From assembly GCA_028534125.1 (NCBI GenBank), contig CM052817.1:20276001-20340000 (forward strand): 64,000 nt of DNA. The letters run 5' to 3'. The position numbers and the translations under genes are program-made. The DNA comes from Lama glama (lineage: Eukaryota). The notes beneath the pieces are model-generated. The model was given only the letters and a program-made list of their open reading frames with translations. It was not told the origin of the DNA and ran no database searches. Below, piece by piece: positions 26,301-39,789 of the stretch (position 1 is the first letter of the stretch; each line of letters begins with the position of its first letter).

Positions 26301-28251
26301 AGAGTGTGGGAAGTTTCACCCTAATGATTCTTTCAGAAACAATGACGATTTTGGTGGTGAACAATTAAGAGGAGACTAGTAGTTCCATGTTATCAAGAAG
26401 TGAAACAGTTGACCAAAAATACATTTCATAGAGAAAAGCAGGAAAAGAGACAGCTAAGACAGCTAAGAAGAACCCTCCTGTGGTCGGAGAACACTGCAAA
26501 GACTGGGTACGAAAACCACCTCTGCAAAGAGCTTAGACTTTAATTGGGCTAGACCATAGAGCAATTTCCACCACAGGTCATTACTGGAAACAATAAAGCA
26601 GCCAACCACCACTCAGTGCATGCTAGCAGCTTGGTGTGATGTCAGTGAAAGTTGGCCAGCTGAGGCTTAATAGAGAAATCAGAGAAAGAGATAAAGGGAG
26701 CCCAGCTGAAATCTCTCATTCCTCTGAGGTAAGGTGAGGAGGGGAAAGATGATTAAGATCACTGTGTGCATGCTAAGGCAGTGCCCTTTGACAAGTGATA
26801 TCGGAAGCTGCACATTGCAGAGGAAATAGACTGCATTGAGCATGTCAAGCCAACACAAGCCAACGTAAGCAAGCTAATGAATGACAAATTCAAGCCTCAG
26901 AGGGGGAATCACTATCTAGAATTGAAATAATGTATTACTCAAATGTTCAATTGTATACAAGAAATACAAGTCATGTAAAGAAAAATGACATTGTGACACA
27001 TACATAAGAAAAAAAAGGGTTTGAGAGAAACTGCCTTTGAGAAGGCCCAGGTAGTAGACTTAGCAGACAAAAACTTCAAAGCAGCCATTATTAAATGTGT
27101 TCAATTAATTAAAGGAAACAATGCTTTAAAAATTAAAGAAAGTTACAATGATGTCTCATCAACTAGAGAATATCAATAAAGGGAAACAAATTATTTTAAA
27201 AATCAAATAGAAGTTATGGAGATGAAAAGTACAATAAAAAGAACAAAAAATTCACTAGAGGGGCTCAATAGTATATTTGAACTGGAAGATGGAAGAATCA
27301 GCAAACTTGAGTATAGACTGATAGAAATTATGCAATTTGGAGAACAGGGAGAAAAGAAGGGAGAAAAATGATCAAGCTTCAGAGAAATGCAGGACACCAT
27401 TAATTGTCAACATGTATATATAATAGGAATAGCAAAATGGAAAAATGGAAAAATATTTTAAGAAATAATTGCCAAAATTTCCCAAATTTGATGAAAAATA
27501 TTAGTCTATACATCCAAGCAGCATAATGAAATCCAAGTAGGCTAAATACAAAGAGATCCACACCCAGTCACATCATAGTCAAAATGCTGAAAAGACAGAG
27601 AAAATCTTTAAAGCAGCAAGAAAAACGGAACTCATCAATGACAGGGGACCTCAAGTAAAATTGACAGCTGACTTTTCATCAGAAACAGCTAAGATCAAAT
27701 ATAATAATATACTCACAACAGGGAAAACAATTGTTAACAAAGAATCATATCCAGGCACTTTATCTTTTAAAATTAAAGGTGAAATGAAGATTCCTACATA
27801 AACAGTAAGTGAGAGAATTCATTGTTAGCAGACCAACTTTATAAGAAGTGCTTTTTTTTTTCTTGAAGGAAGCTTTTTAGACTGAAAGCAAATGACATCA
27901 CAGTAATTCGACTTACACACACACAAAAGAGAATTAGCAAAGGTAATAATGAAGGTAATGGTAAAAGACTGTAGCATTGTATATTTCTCCTCTTTTTTGT
28001 AAATAATTTAAAAATAACTATTATAAAGCAACATAAATATAACTGTATTGTTGGGCCTATAATATAGACAAATATATATATCTATACATATATTTGACAA
28101 TAACAATATAATATATCTGACAATAACAAAATAAGATGGCAGGTGGAGCAAAGCTCTATGGTTTAAGAAAATGATAACCAGACAGTAACTCAAATCTACA
28201 AGAACAAGTGAAGAGAATAAGAAATTGAAACAAGCAAGTAGATATTAATGT

Positions 28252-28254
<3 letters not shown>

Positions 28255-28291
<37 letters not shown>
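28255..28291. repeat. (TG)n microsatellite
   Basis: Directly visible. Confidence 0.97.
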
Positions 28292-28293
<2 letters not shown>

Positions 28294-30217
28294 TTGGTCT
28301 CCCTTCTTCTCTAAGCTTCATTAAAAGGTATAAAATGTATATACATAAATTAATTATAACAGTATATTCAGGGGTTTGTAAAATAGATACAGGTGAAAGG
28401 TGTAATAATAGCACAAACGCAGGAGGAGGACATAGAGTTATATAGGGGTTACATTTCTAAATCTCACTGAAATTAAGTCAGTATATATTTGAAGTAATTT
28501 CTGACATGTTAGGATGAACACTGTAAACCTTAGAGCAACCAGAAAGAAAATAACTAAAAAAAAGTAGCAAAAAATACTGAAGGAATTAAAATGTTACATT
28601 AAAGAAGATTTACCTGACGCAAAAGACATCAGTTAAAAAGGAAAAAAAAAAAAAGAAATGGAGAGAAAAATTCAACCATAACAATAATAATATTAGATGA
28701 GAATGAATTAAATGATATAATAAAAAGGCAGAGATTGTTAGACTGGATGTGTAAACAAGATATAATTATATGCTTCGTGCAGGAGACACACTTTATCATC
28801 AAAGAGTCAAATAATTTTATGTAGAAGGATGGCATGCTACATATAATGCAAACAGTAAGTATACAGTTGGAATAACTATTACATCAAAATAGAATTTGAA
28901 ACAAAATGTGTTAGTAAAAGAGAAATATTTATAATGATCATTTACAATGATAATAATAAAAAGTTCTACCTATCAGATGGAAATAACAATGATAAATATA
29001 TATAAATCTAATAACCAGGCCACAAAATACATGGTACAAAACTGGACGAATTAAAAGGAAATACAGACAGTTCAGAAATAATAGTCAATATCCCACTTTC
29101 AACAATGGATAGAACAAATAGCAGATGATCAACAGGGATATAGAAGACTTGAGCAACATTATAAACCAACTAGTTCTTTCTGACGTCTACAGAATACTCG
29201 ACCCAAATGGCTGAACACAGTGTTTTTCTCATGCATGCCTGAAACATACTCAAAAGTAGACCACTTGCTAGGTTTCATGAAACATTTAAAGATACTTAAA
29301 TCAAAAAAGTGGGTTCTTTTAACAATAATTGAAATTACTTAAAAATATATAAAAGAAGAAAATTTTTGAAAATTCACAAATATGAGAATACAAAACAATA
29401 CACTCCTAAGTAATAACTGATTCAAAGAAGAAATCACAAGGGAAATTATAAAATACAATGAGATGAGTGAAAATGAAAACACAGTATACCAAAAGTTAAA
29501 GAATGCAGTTTAAGCTGTTCTTGTAAATTTATAACTGTAAAAGCAGCTATTAAAAAAATGAAAAAAAAGAAAGACCTCAGATCAGTAACTTAAACTTCTC
29601 CCTTAAGATGCCATATAAAAAGAAAGGCAAACTAAAGCTATGACAAGCAGAAGGAAGGAAATAATTTTAAAAAATAGAACACAAATTAATGATATTGAGA
29701 ACAGAAAAGCAATAGGGAAAATCAATGAATATAAAAGATGGTTCTTTGAAAAGATCAACAAATTAAAGAATAAAAAAGATTATAAGGGAGTATCATGAAT
29801 ATATATATGCCAACAAAGCAGATATCTTAGATGAAAGGAGGATTTCTATAAAAATGCAGATTACTAAAACTGACACAAGAAGAAATAGAAAAGCTGAATA
29901 GATCGATAAGTAAAGTGATTGGATTAGTAATTTAAAAAAACTTATTCTAAATAAATAATAAATAAGTAGCCCAGGCCCAAACTGCTTCACTGGTGAATTC
30001 TACAAAACGTCCATAAAATAATCAGTATCGATCCTTTACAAATTCTTTCAAACATAGAACCAGAAGGAACACTCTGAACCTATTTAGAATTATAGCGACA
30101 ACAAAACCAAAGATATCACAATAAAAGAAATATTCAGACCAATAACCTTTAGGAATGTAGATTTTTAAATCCTGGATGTAATGCTACCACTGTGAATCCA
30201 GCATCATATAAAAAATA

Positions 30218-30766
30218 TTTAACAGAGAAGAACAAACCTGACTCCATAATGAACCTGTTCCTTTAGCTCTAATCTTTGTGCTCTGTCGCCTGTGCTTAGA
30301 CATGCTGGCTCTGCACCTTTGTCTCCTCAATCAGTAAAAGAATGTTGCCTATAGCCTGCAATATACATAATAGTTCTTTCTCAAGACTCTGCCCCCCAGG
30401 CTTGACCTTTAAAGCCATAACACTTTTTATTCATATAGAGATCAAAAGCTGCAGTTCAGAAAATAACATTTGTCTTCTTAAAGGTTATAAGGAACCTCTG
30501 CGAATAGCTGCAAGAACAAAGAATTATCACATACAGAGTCTAGCCAGCACCAAGAGGTCTGCAACAATCAGCCACACTCCCTTCCTTTTTAATGTGAAAG
30601 AAGCCCACATTCTAACTCCGGTAAGATGGTTCTCTGGGAAATTACTCCCCTGGCTTCTTGCTCTGCTGGCATTCTGAATAAAAGTGATATTCCTTGACCC
30701 AATACCTTATTTCTCAATTTACTGGTATGTCATGCCACAAGTAGTCCAAGCTTGGACATGGTAATA
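30218..30766 (+). mobile_element. ERV1 solo LTR (MER41-like) nested in L1 ORF2
   Basis: cctgactccat near the start, aagatggttctctgggaa...ctgctggcattctgaataaaagtgatattccttg, AATAAA at 30677-30682, end gcttggacatggtaata. L1 ORF2 text resumes directly after. Confidence 0.75.
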
Positions 30767-30849
30767 GTATTACACACAGTGTCCTAATAGGATTTATCCC
30801 GTGGATGCAAATTTGGTTTAACATCTGAAAGTGAGTTAATGTAATATGG

Positions 30850-31400
30850 TACCTTAAAGACTCTTATGCTGCACAGATTCATCCCTCTTTCCCACTAAAC
30901 TCTGGCAACCACTGCTCTTTTTCCTGTCTTCATAGTTTTGCCTTTTCCAGAATGGCATACAGTTGGAATCACACAGTAGGTAGCCTTTTCAGAATTTTTT
31001 TCTAACTTAGCAATATGCATTTGTGGCATCTCAATGTCTTTTTCGTTGATAATTCACTTTCAGGGCTGAGAATTTCATTATATGGATGCACCACAGTTTG
31101 TTTATCCATTTCCCTATTGGAGGATGTCTTGGTTGTTTCCAATTTTTGGAAATTATGAAGAAAGCTCCTTTAAAGATTCATGCTCAGGTTTTTATATGGA
31201 TATACAGTTTCAATTCATTTGAGTAAATACCAAGGAGTACAAATGCTGGGTCATAAAGTAAGAGTACTTTTAGTTTTGTAGAAACAACTCAATTGTCCTT
31301 CAAGCTGACTGGACCATTTTGCATCCCTAGCGGCAATGAGACGTAGTGTTGCTTGCCAGTGTTGCCACTGTTTTGGATTTTAGACATCCTAAGAAGTCTG
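30850..31400 (-). mobile_element. L1 3' region fragment (L1MC1/L1MB-like)
   Basis: ctggcaaccactg...catagttttgccttttccagaatggcatacagttggaatcacacagtaggtagccttttcaga...accacagtttgtttatccatt...gagtaaataccaaggagt. Confidence 0.85.
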
Positions 31401-33009
31401 TACACTTTTGATATTCACCATTAGGTCTTAATATCTTATTTAGCAGAAAATGTTAAAATTCTAGGGGGAGTTTTAGTAGGTGCTTGGTACTTTTTTGATA
31501 AAAATATTATTCTCAGCTCCTAGTGTATACATTGAATAAATGAAAGAGACTGAAAAACTTATTTAAAATATCCTTGATATTTCAATCTGATGTTTAACAT
31601 CTTTCATTGCAAGAGAAAAAAAAACAAACATGTATCACAATCTTGAAAATCGTTGCTTAAACCAAACTTTTCCTCTTCAACACTAAAGAAACAAAAAATA
31701 TTGATTTTATTTTTATTTCCTATTTTCTCTTTTTCAGATCATTGAAGAGAGTCCATAACCTAACATTTGGATATCTTCTATTCTACTGTTTTTTTTTTTT
31801 GGAGGGGAGAGACTAATAAAGATAAATGACTCTCTCTCTTATGACTATTTACATTCTTAAATATGCTTTCCTTACGATAAATAACACTCTGCATGCCTTT
31901 CCAAAGGATTTTTCAACAAATATGCAGGTGTTAGGGAAAACTTCAGTCTGTAATTGGAATCTGTATGCTGTATCTATAAGAATTACTAAGAATATGTTAT
32001 ATATACCTTCTAAAGCAAAATCTTCCTAAGTGCAGGACATCTTAAAGTTTGCAACACTAAACTTCATAATGATTTCTTAGATTCCAAGATTTTCACTAGC
32101 AAATCATGCAAATCAAAGCAAACCATAACCTACCTTGATTGAATTCACTGTTGTGTCTTAATTGTGAGCAAAAATATTTTAGTTTCAAAGCTTTGGTCAG
32201 TTACCCTTGCAAACTACACATTTCCATAAACGTGGCACTTTTAATTTAATTATGTTCAAGATCAAAGAAAAGCCTAATTTAGTAACTTCTGTTACACAGA
32301 CATCATGTTTATATTTTTTTCCTGGACAGCAATCGCCACATAGCTACTTAGTATTAAGTATGACAGGTTACTTCTTACACCTGTATACTGAGGTAAGGTT
32401 TCTTTTCTAGTATTTTTTAAGGTAAGCAGCTGCCTAACAGATATTATGAGAACGCAGATATATTTTAAATTAATCTGGAGGTATTAGTTCTTTATGTGTA
32501 TAATTTAATGTAATTAAAAACTATATACATATATACACGTAAGTATTCATCAATAATATATACAAATTTATATGAATACATTATAGACATTAATAAAAAC
32601 TCCTATATATACATTCTTCAATCTAATTGATTTTTAAATTCTCTGAAAGCATAATTATCTGTTTTGGTGAATGGTTTTGCTTCTTGAAGTGGCCAATTGA
32701 TGTGTAAAAATCTATAATGAGTTTACAGAACCTGCCCTGAAAGGTGAGAGGTTGGGTACAAACGAAAAAGAGATGGTTTCAAACTGATAAATTTAGTGTT
32801 GACTGAATATTTAATACTCTAGAGTAAAATGAAAACAAGTATAATATATTTTAAAATCTTATAATCAAAGTGCTAAAATATTCAAACTGTTAAACCCTAA
32901 AATACCAAACCAAAGAACTTCATGCACCACATCCTCTGGGGAGAAAACTGACTCCATCAGACTGTGGGAGCCATTTCAGATCACCAAATTAGATACAGAC
33001 AGGTGTGAG

Positions 33010-33120
33010 TACGTCATTCTCACAGATGGAGAAATTCAGACACAGAAGGATTAAGGAATTGTTTAGGAATCCACAGCTGTTCAAGTCAGTGCAGACATGA
33101 TGAGAACCCAAGGCGAATGG
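33010..33120 (-). mobile_element. MIR SINE fragment
   Basis: cattctcacagatggagaaattcagacacagaaggattaaggaattg...ccacagctg. Confidence 0.6.
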
Positions 33121-34557
33121 GATCGAATTCTGGGGTTTGTTTGCTTGATTGACCTGCCTTTTATTTGGTTGCTTTAGATTCATATTTTTGACTTCTTGTT
33201 AGTAAAATGCTATAAACAAGTTTGGCATATAAACAAATAGGATTTCAAATTAATAGGTATCTATAAAATCAAGAACTTTACCTAGATTCATTTTTGTCTT
33301 CATGGGAAACTAATTACTAAGCTACCAGATCAATTTACCTATTTAGTTATAAATAGAATGCTTTTCTCCTTCATACGTAAATTTTCATCCCATTTCTCTT
33401 ATCATATAACCAGTCTTGGAATTGCAGTCTCCCTCCTCCTGCCAACTAACTTCCAGGTGAGCAGAGCACAGGACCAAGAGAGGTACATTTGCCTAATCCT
33501 GGCCCAGATCTCAGTCAATTATGGTTCAAAAAATGTACCACTACCCTCTGTCTTTCCTCCTTCTCCACCTCAGCAGATTGTAATTATAATTAATATAGTG
33601 TAATTTGTTTAACATCTGCACCCTCTGCTAATAGACTGATAGGAGCTGAGTCTGCAGCTAGCATAATACTTGGCATTAAATAAACTAAACTTTATTAGCT
33701 AAGATGACCAGAATTTTATTAAATCATCACATTCTGTTCTTATGCTCCTTCCATTTTACCTCCTTCCAAACTCAACTAGCATGGCTTACATTTTATGTTA
33801 TTGGAGCAAGGGGATAGTGTAATTAAACTATGCTTTTAGGAATTTATTCTGAGAAACATTAGGTTATTGTCCAGTAAATTACGTTAGCCTAGCCAGGTGC
33901 TTCCTGAGAAAAATACATATCTAGACTAAAGCTCAACAGAATATTTTCTGTATAAAAACTTGAACATTCTGTGTTGGCCTCTGACTACATTCTAAAACGA
34001 AACATAGATGATTTTATTGTTTCTTTACTATGTAATATGCATTCTACTCACTCCCTGGAGATAGTCCAGTGTTGACTATTCCTTCCTTTGGACTTGAGAA
34101 AAGGCATTCAGGGGATTCAGTCCAAACTAATTTTTGCACTGATTAACTTCACTGGCATTTCTCTCCACCTGATTCAAAATATATATGATATTTAAGTTAA
34201 CTGAATAATGGGTTTATAATCCTCTATGAGTATAACACAATGGCTTTTGTAACTTTTATTTCATTGTGAAAATAAATGTACTGTTTTCATCATTTTTATT
34301 CTACAATTCTACTGAATCTCTTCCCTTGGAACTTGGTATTGCTCTGAAAATACTGACTGACATCACTTAATCCTATAGCGAAAACAGAAAAACACACAAA
34401 AGTATACCTCAGAAACAGCTAAAAGAATATATAAAAGACATAAATTTGGTTATTGCCTCTGGGTAAGGAAGCAGAGTAGGGGCTGTGAGGAAGAGAGATT
34501 TTCTTTTTGATGCTATTCCTTGACATACAACATTCTGAGTATCTGAAACTTCCATGC

Positions 34558-34578
34558 GTGTATGTGTGTGTTTGTGTA

Positions 34579-34648
<70 letters not shown>
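34558..34648. repeat. Compound (TG)n(TA)n(GA)n microsatellite
   Basis: Directly visible. Confidence 0.95.
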
Positions 34649-34651
<3 letters not shown>

Positions 34652-34656
34652 TGTAC

Positions 34657-35073
34657 TGTAGTAGTCCACTCAGGCTGCCATAATAAAATATCACAGACTG
34701 ACAGATTGGGTGTCTTATACAACAGAAATTTATTTTTCAGAGTTCGGGAGGCAGGGAAGTCCAAGATCAAGGCTCCAGCTAGGTAGGACATTGAACTTTA
34801 TTGAATAATGAAGCCTCTTCTTTTGGCTTCTGGATGGTCTCCTTCTTGCTGTGTGCTTACATGATCTTTACTTTGTCCACACGTGGGAAGAGAGAGAGAA
34901 AACAAGCTCTCTGGTGTCTCTTTTTACAGGGACACTAATCCTAACAGATAAAACCTGCAGTCTTATGATTTCATTTTACCTTAATTACTTCTTTAGAGAT
35001 CCCATTTTCAAATATAGCCACACTTGAGTTTAGAGCTTCAGCACAAGAATTTTGGGGAGAACACAAGCATTCA
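34657..35073 (-). mobile_element. MaLR solo LTR (MLT1A0-like)
   Basis: ggctgccataataaaatatcacagactg...caacagaaatttattttt...gggaagtccaagatcaagg...ccttaattacttc...gaattttggggagaacaca. Confidence 0.9.
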
Positions 35074-35079
35074 GAGAGA

Positions 35080-35230
35080 GACATATATATATACATACAT
35101 GCACCCACACACATACATATACACACACATAACACATATACACATATATATATATATATGAATCTATATATGTATATATATTCACACACATATATTCAGT
35201 CATATATACAATACAATTATATATTTATGT
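35080..35230. repeat. Low-complexity CA/TA tract
   Basis: Directly visible. Confidence 0.85.
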
Positions 35231-36029
35231 AGTTTTTATGTGGCCATACATAGTAACATTGATATAGTTATAGAGTTAAACAACATTTTTTTAAGCTATC
35301 ATATAGTTAGGCACCCATATAAATATACAGAACTATACCATAGGACCTAACTCAAGAGTGAGTAACACCACTTAGGAACACTTCTAAGTAACTTCTCCCT
35401 GGAGCTGTTTACAGCAATTGAGCTCTCAGCATAAATGTGAATCCTCTCCTCTAAAGTTTCCAGTGGGCAGTAGAGGCATTGTTCCCTGACAGGGTAAGAT
35501 AATGGAGAGGGAAAAGAATAGATATAGTATTGCTACGACAAGCACAGAAATAATAATACTCTCTTCCTCAACTAAACTTACTGAAGAAATTTTAGGGGAG
35601 CATGTTCTTGGGCCAAGAGTAGGCTAGACGGGTGATTGCACAGACAGGAAATCCCATCAATTTCCAAAAGGCAGAAATTAAAGAGAATAAACATTCAAAT
35701 AAACAGAAAGTAGCAAAAACAGTTACAACGACAAGTGATAGTGTCAGGGAGAATGGGATGAAAAGATTCTTCCCTCTTTTTTCAAGAATATTCAATCCCA
35801 ACATTCTAGTGCCAGGAAGCAGAAGATCCAGAATTGTGAAAAGATGGTAATTGCCATATTAATTACTTCCAAATTAACTCTGAAGAAAATGTACAGGAAT
35901 TGATGTTCTATAAAAGTTCAACTGACCCTTAGAAAGACATGAAAGAAAAACAAACAAATGCAAAAAATGGTAGAAGTTAGAATCTCTGTGGGATGAGGCC
36001 AGTTGGAATGAGTGTTACTGCTATACACA

Positions 36030-36250
36030 ATCTATATGATCATAAAGTGTTCTTACCCCAAAAAGCAAAAATTAAAAACAAACAAACAAAAGAGACTCAG
36101 AGAAACTTGGGGAATGTTGACTATGGCTATTTTGATCCTGGGGATGGTATCATAGATATTGATGTATGTCCAAACTCATCAAATTGTATACATTTAATAT
36201 GTACAGTTCTTCACATATCAATGATACCTGAATTGAGCTGCTAAATAAAA
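36030..36250 (+). mobile_element. L1 (L1MA/MB-type) 3' terminal fragment
   Basis: gtatgtccaaactcatcaaattgtatacatttaatatgtacagtt...tcaatgatacct. Confidence 0.8.
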
Positions 36251-36971
36251 CTATTAAAAGACCCTAGGCATGCAGAGACTGATATACTCACCAACCCCCT
36301 TCCCACCATGATTTTCACATTTGCCCATGACTACATAACAAAAAGATTTCACATCTCATTCCCCACAGGTTTGTGATTTTCATAATTGTCATGTTATATA
36401 TTAAGAGCCTTCAGTAAGGTAACTTTTCCAAAGCCATATAACTAGTAACTGAAGAATTCCATTCCATAATTAATGACTTCCAGGTTCAGGTCTCTTTTAC
36501 TTTATCAAAGATACCGTTAGTATCTTTGTACAAATCCAGAGTAGGAACAAACCAAAAGCTTTTTTAAATAAATAAAGTTTTAAAAGAGTCAAATTAACAA
36601 TAACAGTAAACATGAAATAAGACTGGTATTTGTGAAATCAGAGAGCCAAAACCTCTTGTAGGCTTGGAGCAGGGATGCCTGTTTCTATCAGTGAGAAGGG
36701 GTAACACTACACATGGGCCCTAATGGCCAGTGAGAAGTGCCCAAGGTACTAAGGAGACTGAATTGTACCTTTATTCCTGGCCTGACAAATGCCATTCTTG
36801 AGCAACCAATATTTTAAGAGTTCAAACCGTAACTTCATATATTCTATTACTTACCAAATTCCCACCACAGAGTCAATTTTAAAAAATAAAGAGGGGAAGG
36901 GCTTTAATTTTGAAAACAAGAAACACAGGTAGGCTTACCTCAACATTAATTGAAGCACATAAGTTGTAGAG

Positions 36972-37342
36972 TGTTGCAGGTTCTGAGACAGAATAATTAG
37001 TATGCACGACTACTGTCAGGATTACAACTTGGGGGAGAGGTGAAGGAAGCAGGGTTGGGTGCTCAGGCTGTGATGCAGTCCAGCAAGGTCTCGACTTTCC
37101 CTGCAGGAGACGCTGGAATGGCCCAAGTTGGGATAAAGGCTTTGAGTAGCTATACCCTCCTGTGTCTCAGACATTAGATGCAATATGCCTCTTGGAAGAA
37201 ATGTGACCTTAGTTAGATGTGTCGATTCTCTTCAGCCAAGTGCCGTTGTGGGGTGGGCTGGCATAGGAGACTGCCAAAGTAGTGAAAGAACTCCTTCAGT
37301 CATTGAGGGGGGTCTGTGACGTGCAGCACAGTATCTACTACA
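36972..37342 (-). mobile_element. ERVL solo LTR (LTR16 family-like)
   Basis: gaaggaagcagggttggg...gctgtgatgcagt...tgtgaccttag...ctcttcagccaag...gggggtctg...cacagtatctactaca. Confidence 0.65.
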
Positions 37343-38549
37343 CAGTGGCTCCACTTATTGAACACCTATTAAATGCCAGGTGATTTACTTCCATTATATC
37401 TGAATTTTACAAGTTCTCAAGAGAGACATTTTCTCAGTATGCAAAGTTCTCAAAGACATACAGCTAATAAAAGTCCAGTTAATCCTGGACTCCAAGCCCT
37501 TAGTTTAGACCAGCCACAGTCAGGGCAGAATGCCCAAGGAGAGGCAGACCATGCCTCTGAAAAGGAAGACAATCAGCAGTCAGCAGCCTTAGGCAGCCCT
37601 TCCAAAGCCCGTGGTTCTTCTCTCATGTTCCACACAAGGCAACAGCCTAGGAACCAGATCTCTCCCACTGCCCAACGTTTCATAAGGAGGAAGAAGTTGG
37701 AATGATAGCCTTCTTCCTCAAAAGAGCTCATTTTTTTCTTTTTCTGTTTTTTTTTTTTCAATCTTTATTAGCCCTCCAAACCAGGTCAGTTGAAGGGGAA
37801 TGATAAACTATATTACATGGAGGAAAGTCTCATCCAGATAAACTTATAAGTGCCAAAAGCAAACAAACAGAAAATGCTGAAATTGCAAGACAGATAGAAA
37901 TCATTTTTCCTGATAAGAAATTGCTCAAAGTGAAGGTAAACGTTATTTAGACAACTCCTATATACATTTTAACAAGATATCTGTTTCCCACTGTGACATC
38001 AGCAAATACTTTGGAAGACAATGGCTGTTTCCTCCTTGATATTGAACTCATATGGTCAGAGATGTAAAACTAAAACTTTTTTTTAAGGTTCTATTATTTC
38101 TTAACCTGCCCAGACATTTCTTGTCTTAGCATATTTTTTAGCAAAACCAAAAGAGGTTGAAAACACATTTCAATTTCAAATATATGAAGTGTTATGAGAA
38201 TCTACATAACAGAAGGCAGTGGCTGTTTTGTAGGTAATTGGGAACAGCTTAAACCATGTGACTTTTTATTAACGGTTCAGGTTGTTCTTAACTGAATGAG
38301 CTAGAATAGGTAATTTGCATTTTCTTTTCTTTCTTTCTTTTACATAGTCATAATTTGGTCAGTCCATCTCGTAAGTCTGCTTCATCCAACAAGCTAACAT
38401 ATATGAAAATATGGTGATGATCATAAAGTTCTTATAATAGCATTTAAAAAATGGCAACCTTGGTGAATCTACCTATTGCTTATTGTCTATTCACTACGTA
38501 TCAATTTATGAAAATGTTAGTATGCTGTCTTCTCCAAGTCTGAGAGGAA

Positions 38550-38780
38550 ACTTAGTGTGGTGGTAAGAGCATGGGCTCTGGAACAGACTGACTGCATCCA
38601 GATCTTATTATTAATACAAACTTGAGCCAGTTATTTAACCTCCCCATGCCTCAGTTGCCCTTGCTGTAAAATGGGGGGACTGCCTCACAGAGCTGTAAGC
38701 TTAATGAATTAAATACATGTAAACAACTTGGTGTATAACTAATAATAAAATATCCATAAATGTGAAGTATTATTATCATT
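38550..38780 (+). mobile_element. MIR SINE (near full length)
   Basis: agtgtggtggtaagagcatgggctctgga...ttatttaacctccccatgcctcagtt...ctgtaaaatgggg...taaatacatgtaaa. Confidence 0.85.
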
Positions 38781-39789
38781 CACATATTTCATATTGCATG
38801 TTAAATACCTGGAGACTCTATTAAGCATTTTGGACATTAAAAACGTTCATACTTAATAAACTCTTATTTATCAAAATTACATTTTCTTATGCTATTGAGA
38901 ATTCTTTGGGTGCCAGGCAATAGCTAGAAAATGCCAGCTCTCTTTTTTTGCTTCCTATTTTTGTTGTTTGCACAGGATTGTTTCAAACAATTTCCTTCAC
39001 AATGTTTTTCACGTTATGGAAGGTTCCAATTGTTACTTTAAACTTAAAGAGAGTGAAGAAATTAAAATGTGACTAAAGGTAACATGATAGAACATAGTCT
39101 ATAATAAATATTAGACATCGTGAATGACCAACTTATTATAAAACATATATTCTTCTTCAGTAAAGAAAAATACATACTTTACTACACTTACTTTGTTTAA
39201 AAAAGGTTCAACTAAAACTGATAATGTCAAGTTGTAAATTGAAGGTATTAATTGGGAAAGTTATTTTCTACTTAAAATATCAATATGTGGTCCAACATTT
39301 AAAATACGTGTCTATTTGCAAGGCAGGTTTTGATCATTTTTCAGAATTTCTACTTGAGACTGACTTGACTGATATCAGGGATTCATAGGGCACCTTACTT
39401 TTAAACTTTCCATTGTTTTCCTGCACTATCCGAATCTAATCTACAGCTATTCTTCTGAATGCTTTAGAATTATGGTTCTGTTTTACTTGAAAGATGTTAA
39501 TTTGAATTTTAAGGCATAAATTTGAGTCCCCAGTAAACTCTATAAGAAAATCACTGTTCTAACCACATAAAATGCTTTTAAGAAAGTCATTTTCCACGTG
39601 GAATAGCTTCTATTGTATGACTGGCACCAAATTAGGATTTCAGAATTCATAAATTGATAATATATGGCCTGAAATTGCAATGTAAGGGGGATGGCTTTTG
39701 CCAGGGTACAAAACACAGTTAGCTTGATGCCTGGTGAGTAGCATTTTAAATTCAAGCTGGAGAACATCTTTGATTTTTCCCGTATGAAT

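Larger units (their letters stand above)
25590..30850 (+). mobile_element. Long degenerate L1 (L1MC/L1M-type): 5'UTR ~25.6-27.0 kb, ORF1 relic ~27.05-27.9 kb, ORF2 relic ~28.65-30.85 kb; non-coding
   Basis: ORF1 motifs (gaaataattgccaaaatttcccaaatttgatgaaaa; aaagcagcaagaaaa; acagctgacttttcatcagaaac) and ORF2 motifs (aaaaggcagagattg; agaagaaatcacaagggaaatt; gatggttctttgaaaagatcaac; ccaggcccaaactgcttcactggtgaattcta; gggatttatccc-like). No long ORF survives. Confidence 0.88.

Noticed and set aside
30744..30757. Perfect 14-bp palindrome gtccaagcttggac
   Set aside because: Single short palindrome inside an LTR end; plausible by chance, no further structure.
27050..30850. L1 ORF1/ORF2 as functional CDS
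   Set aside because: Many stops, frameshifts and deletions; no long plus-strand ORF in the track.
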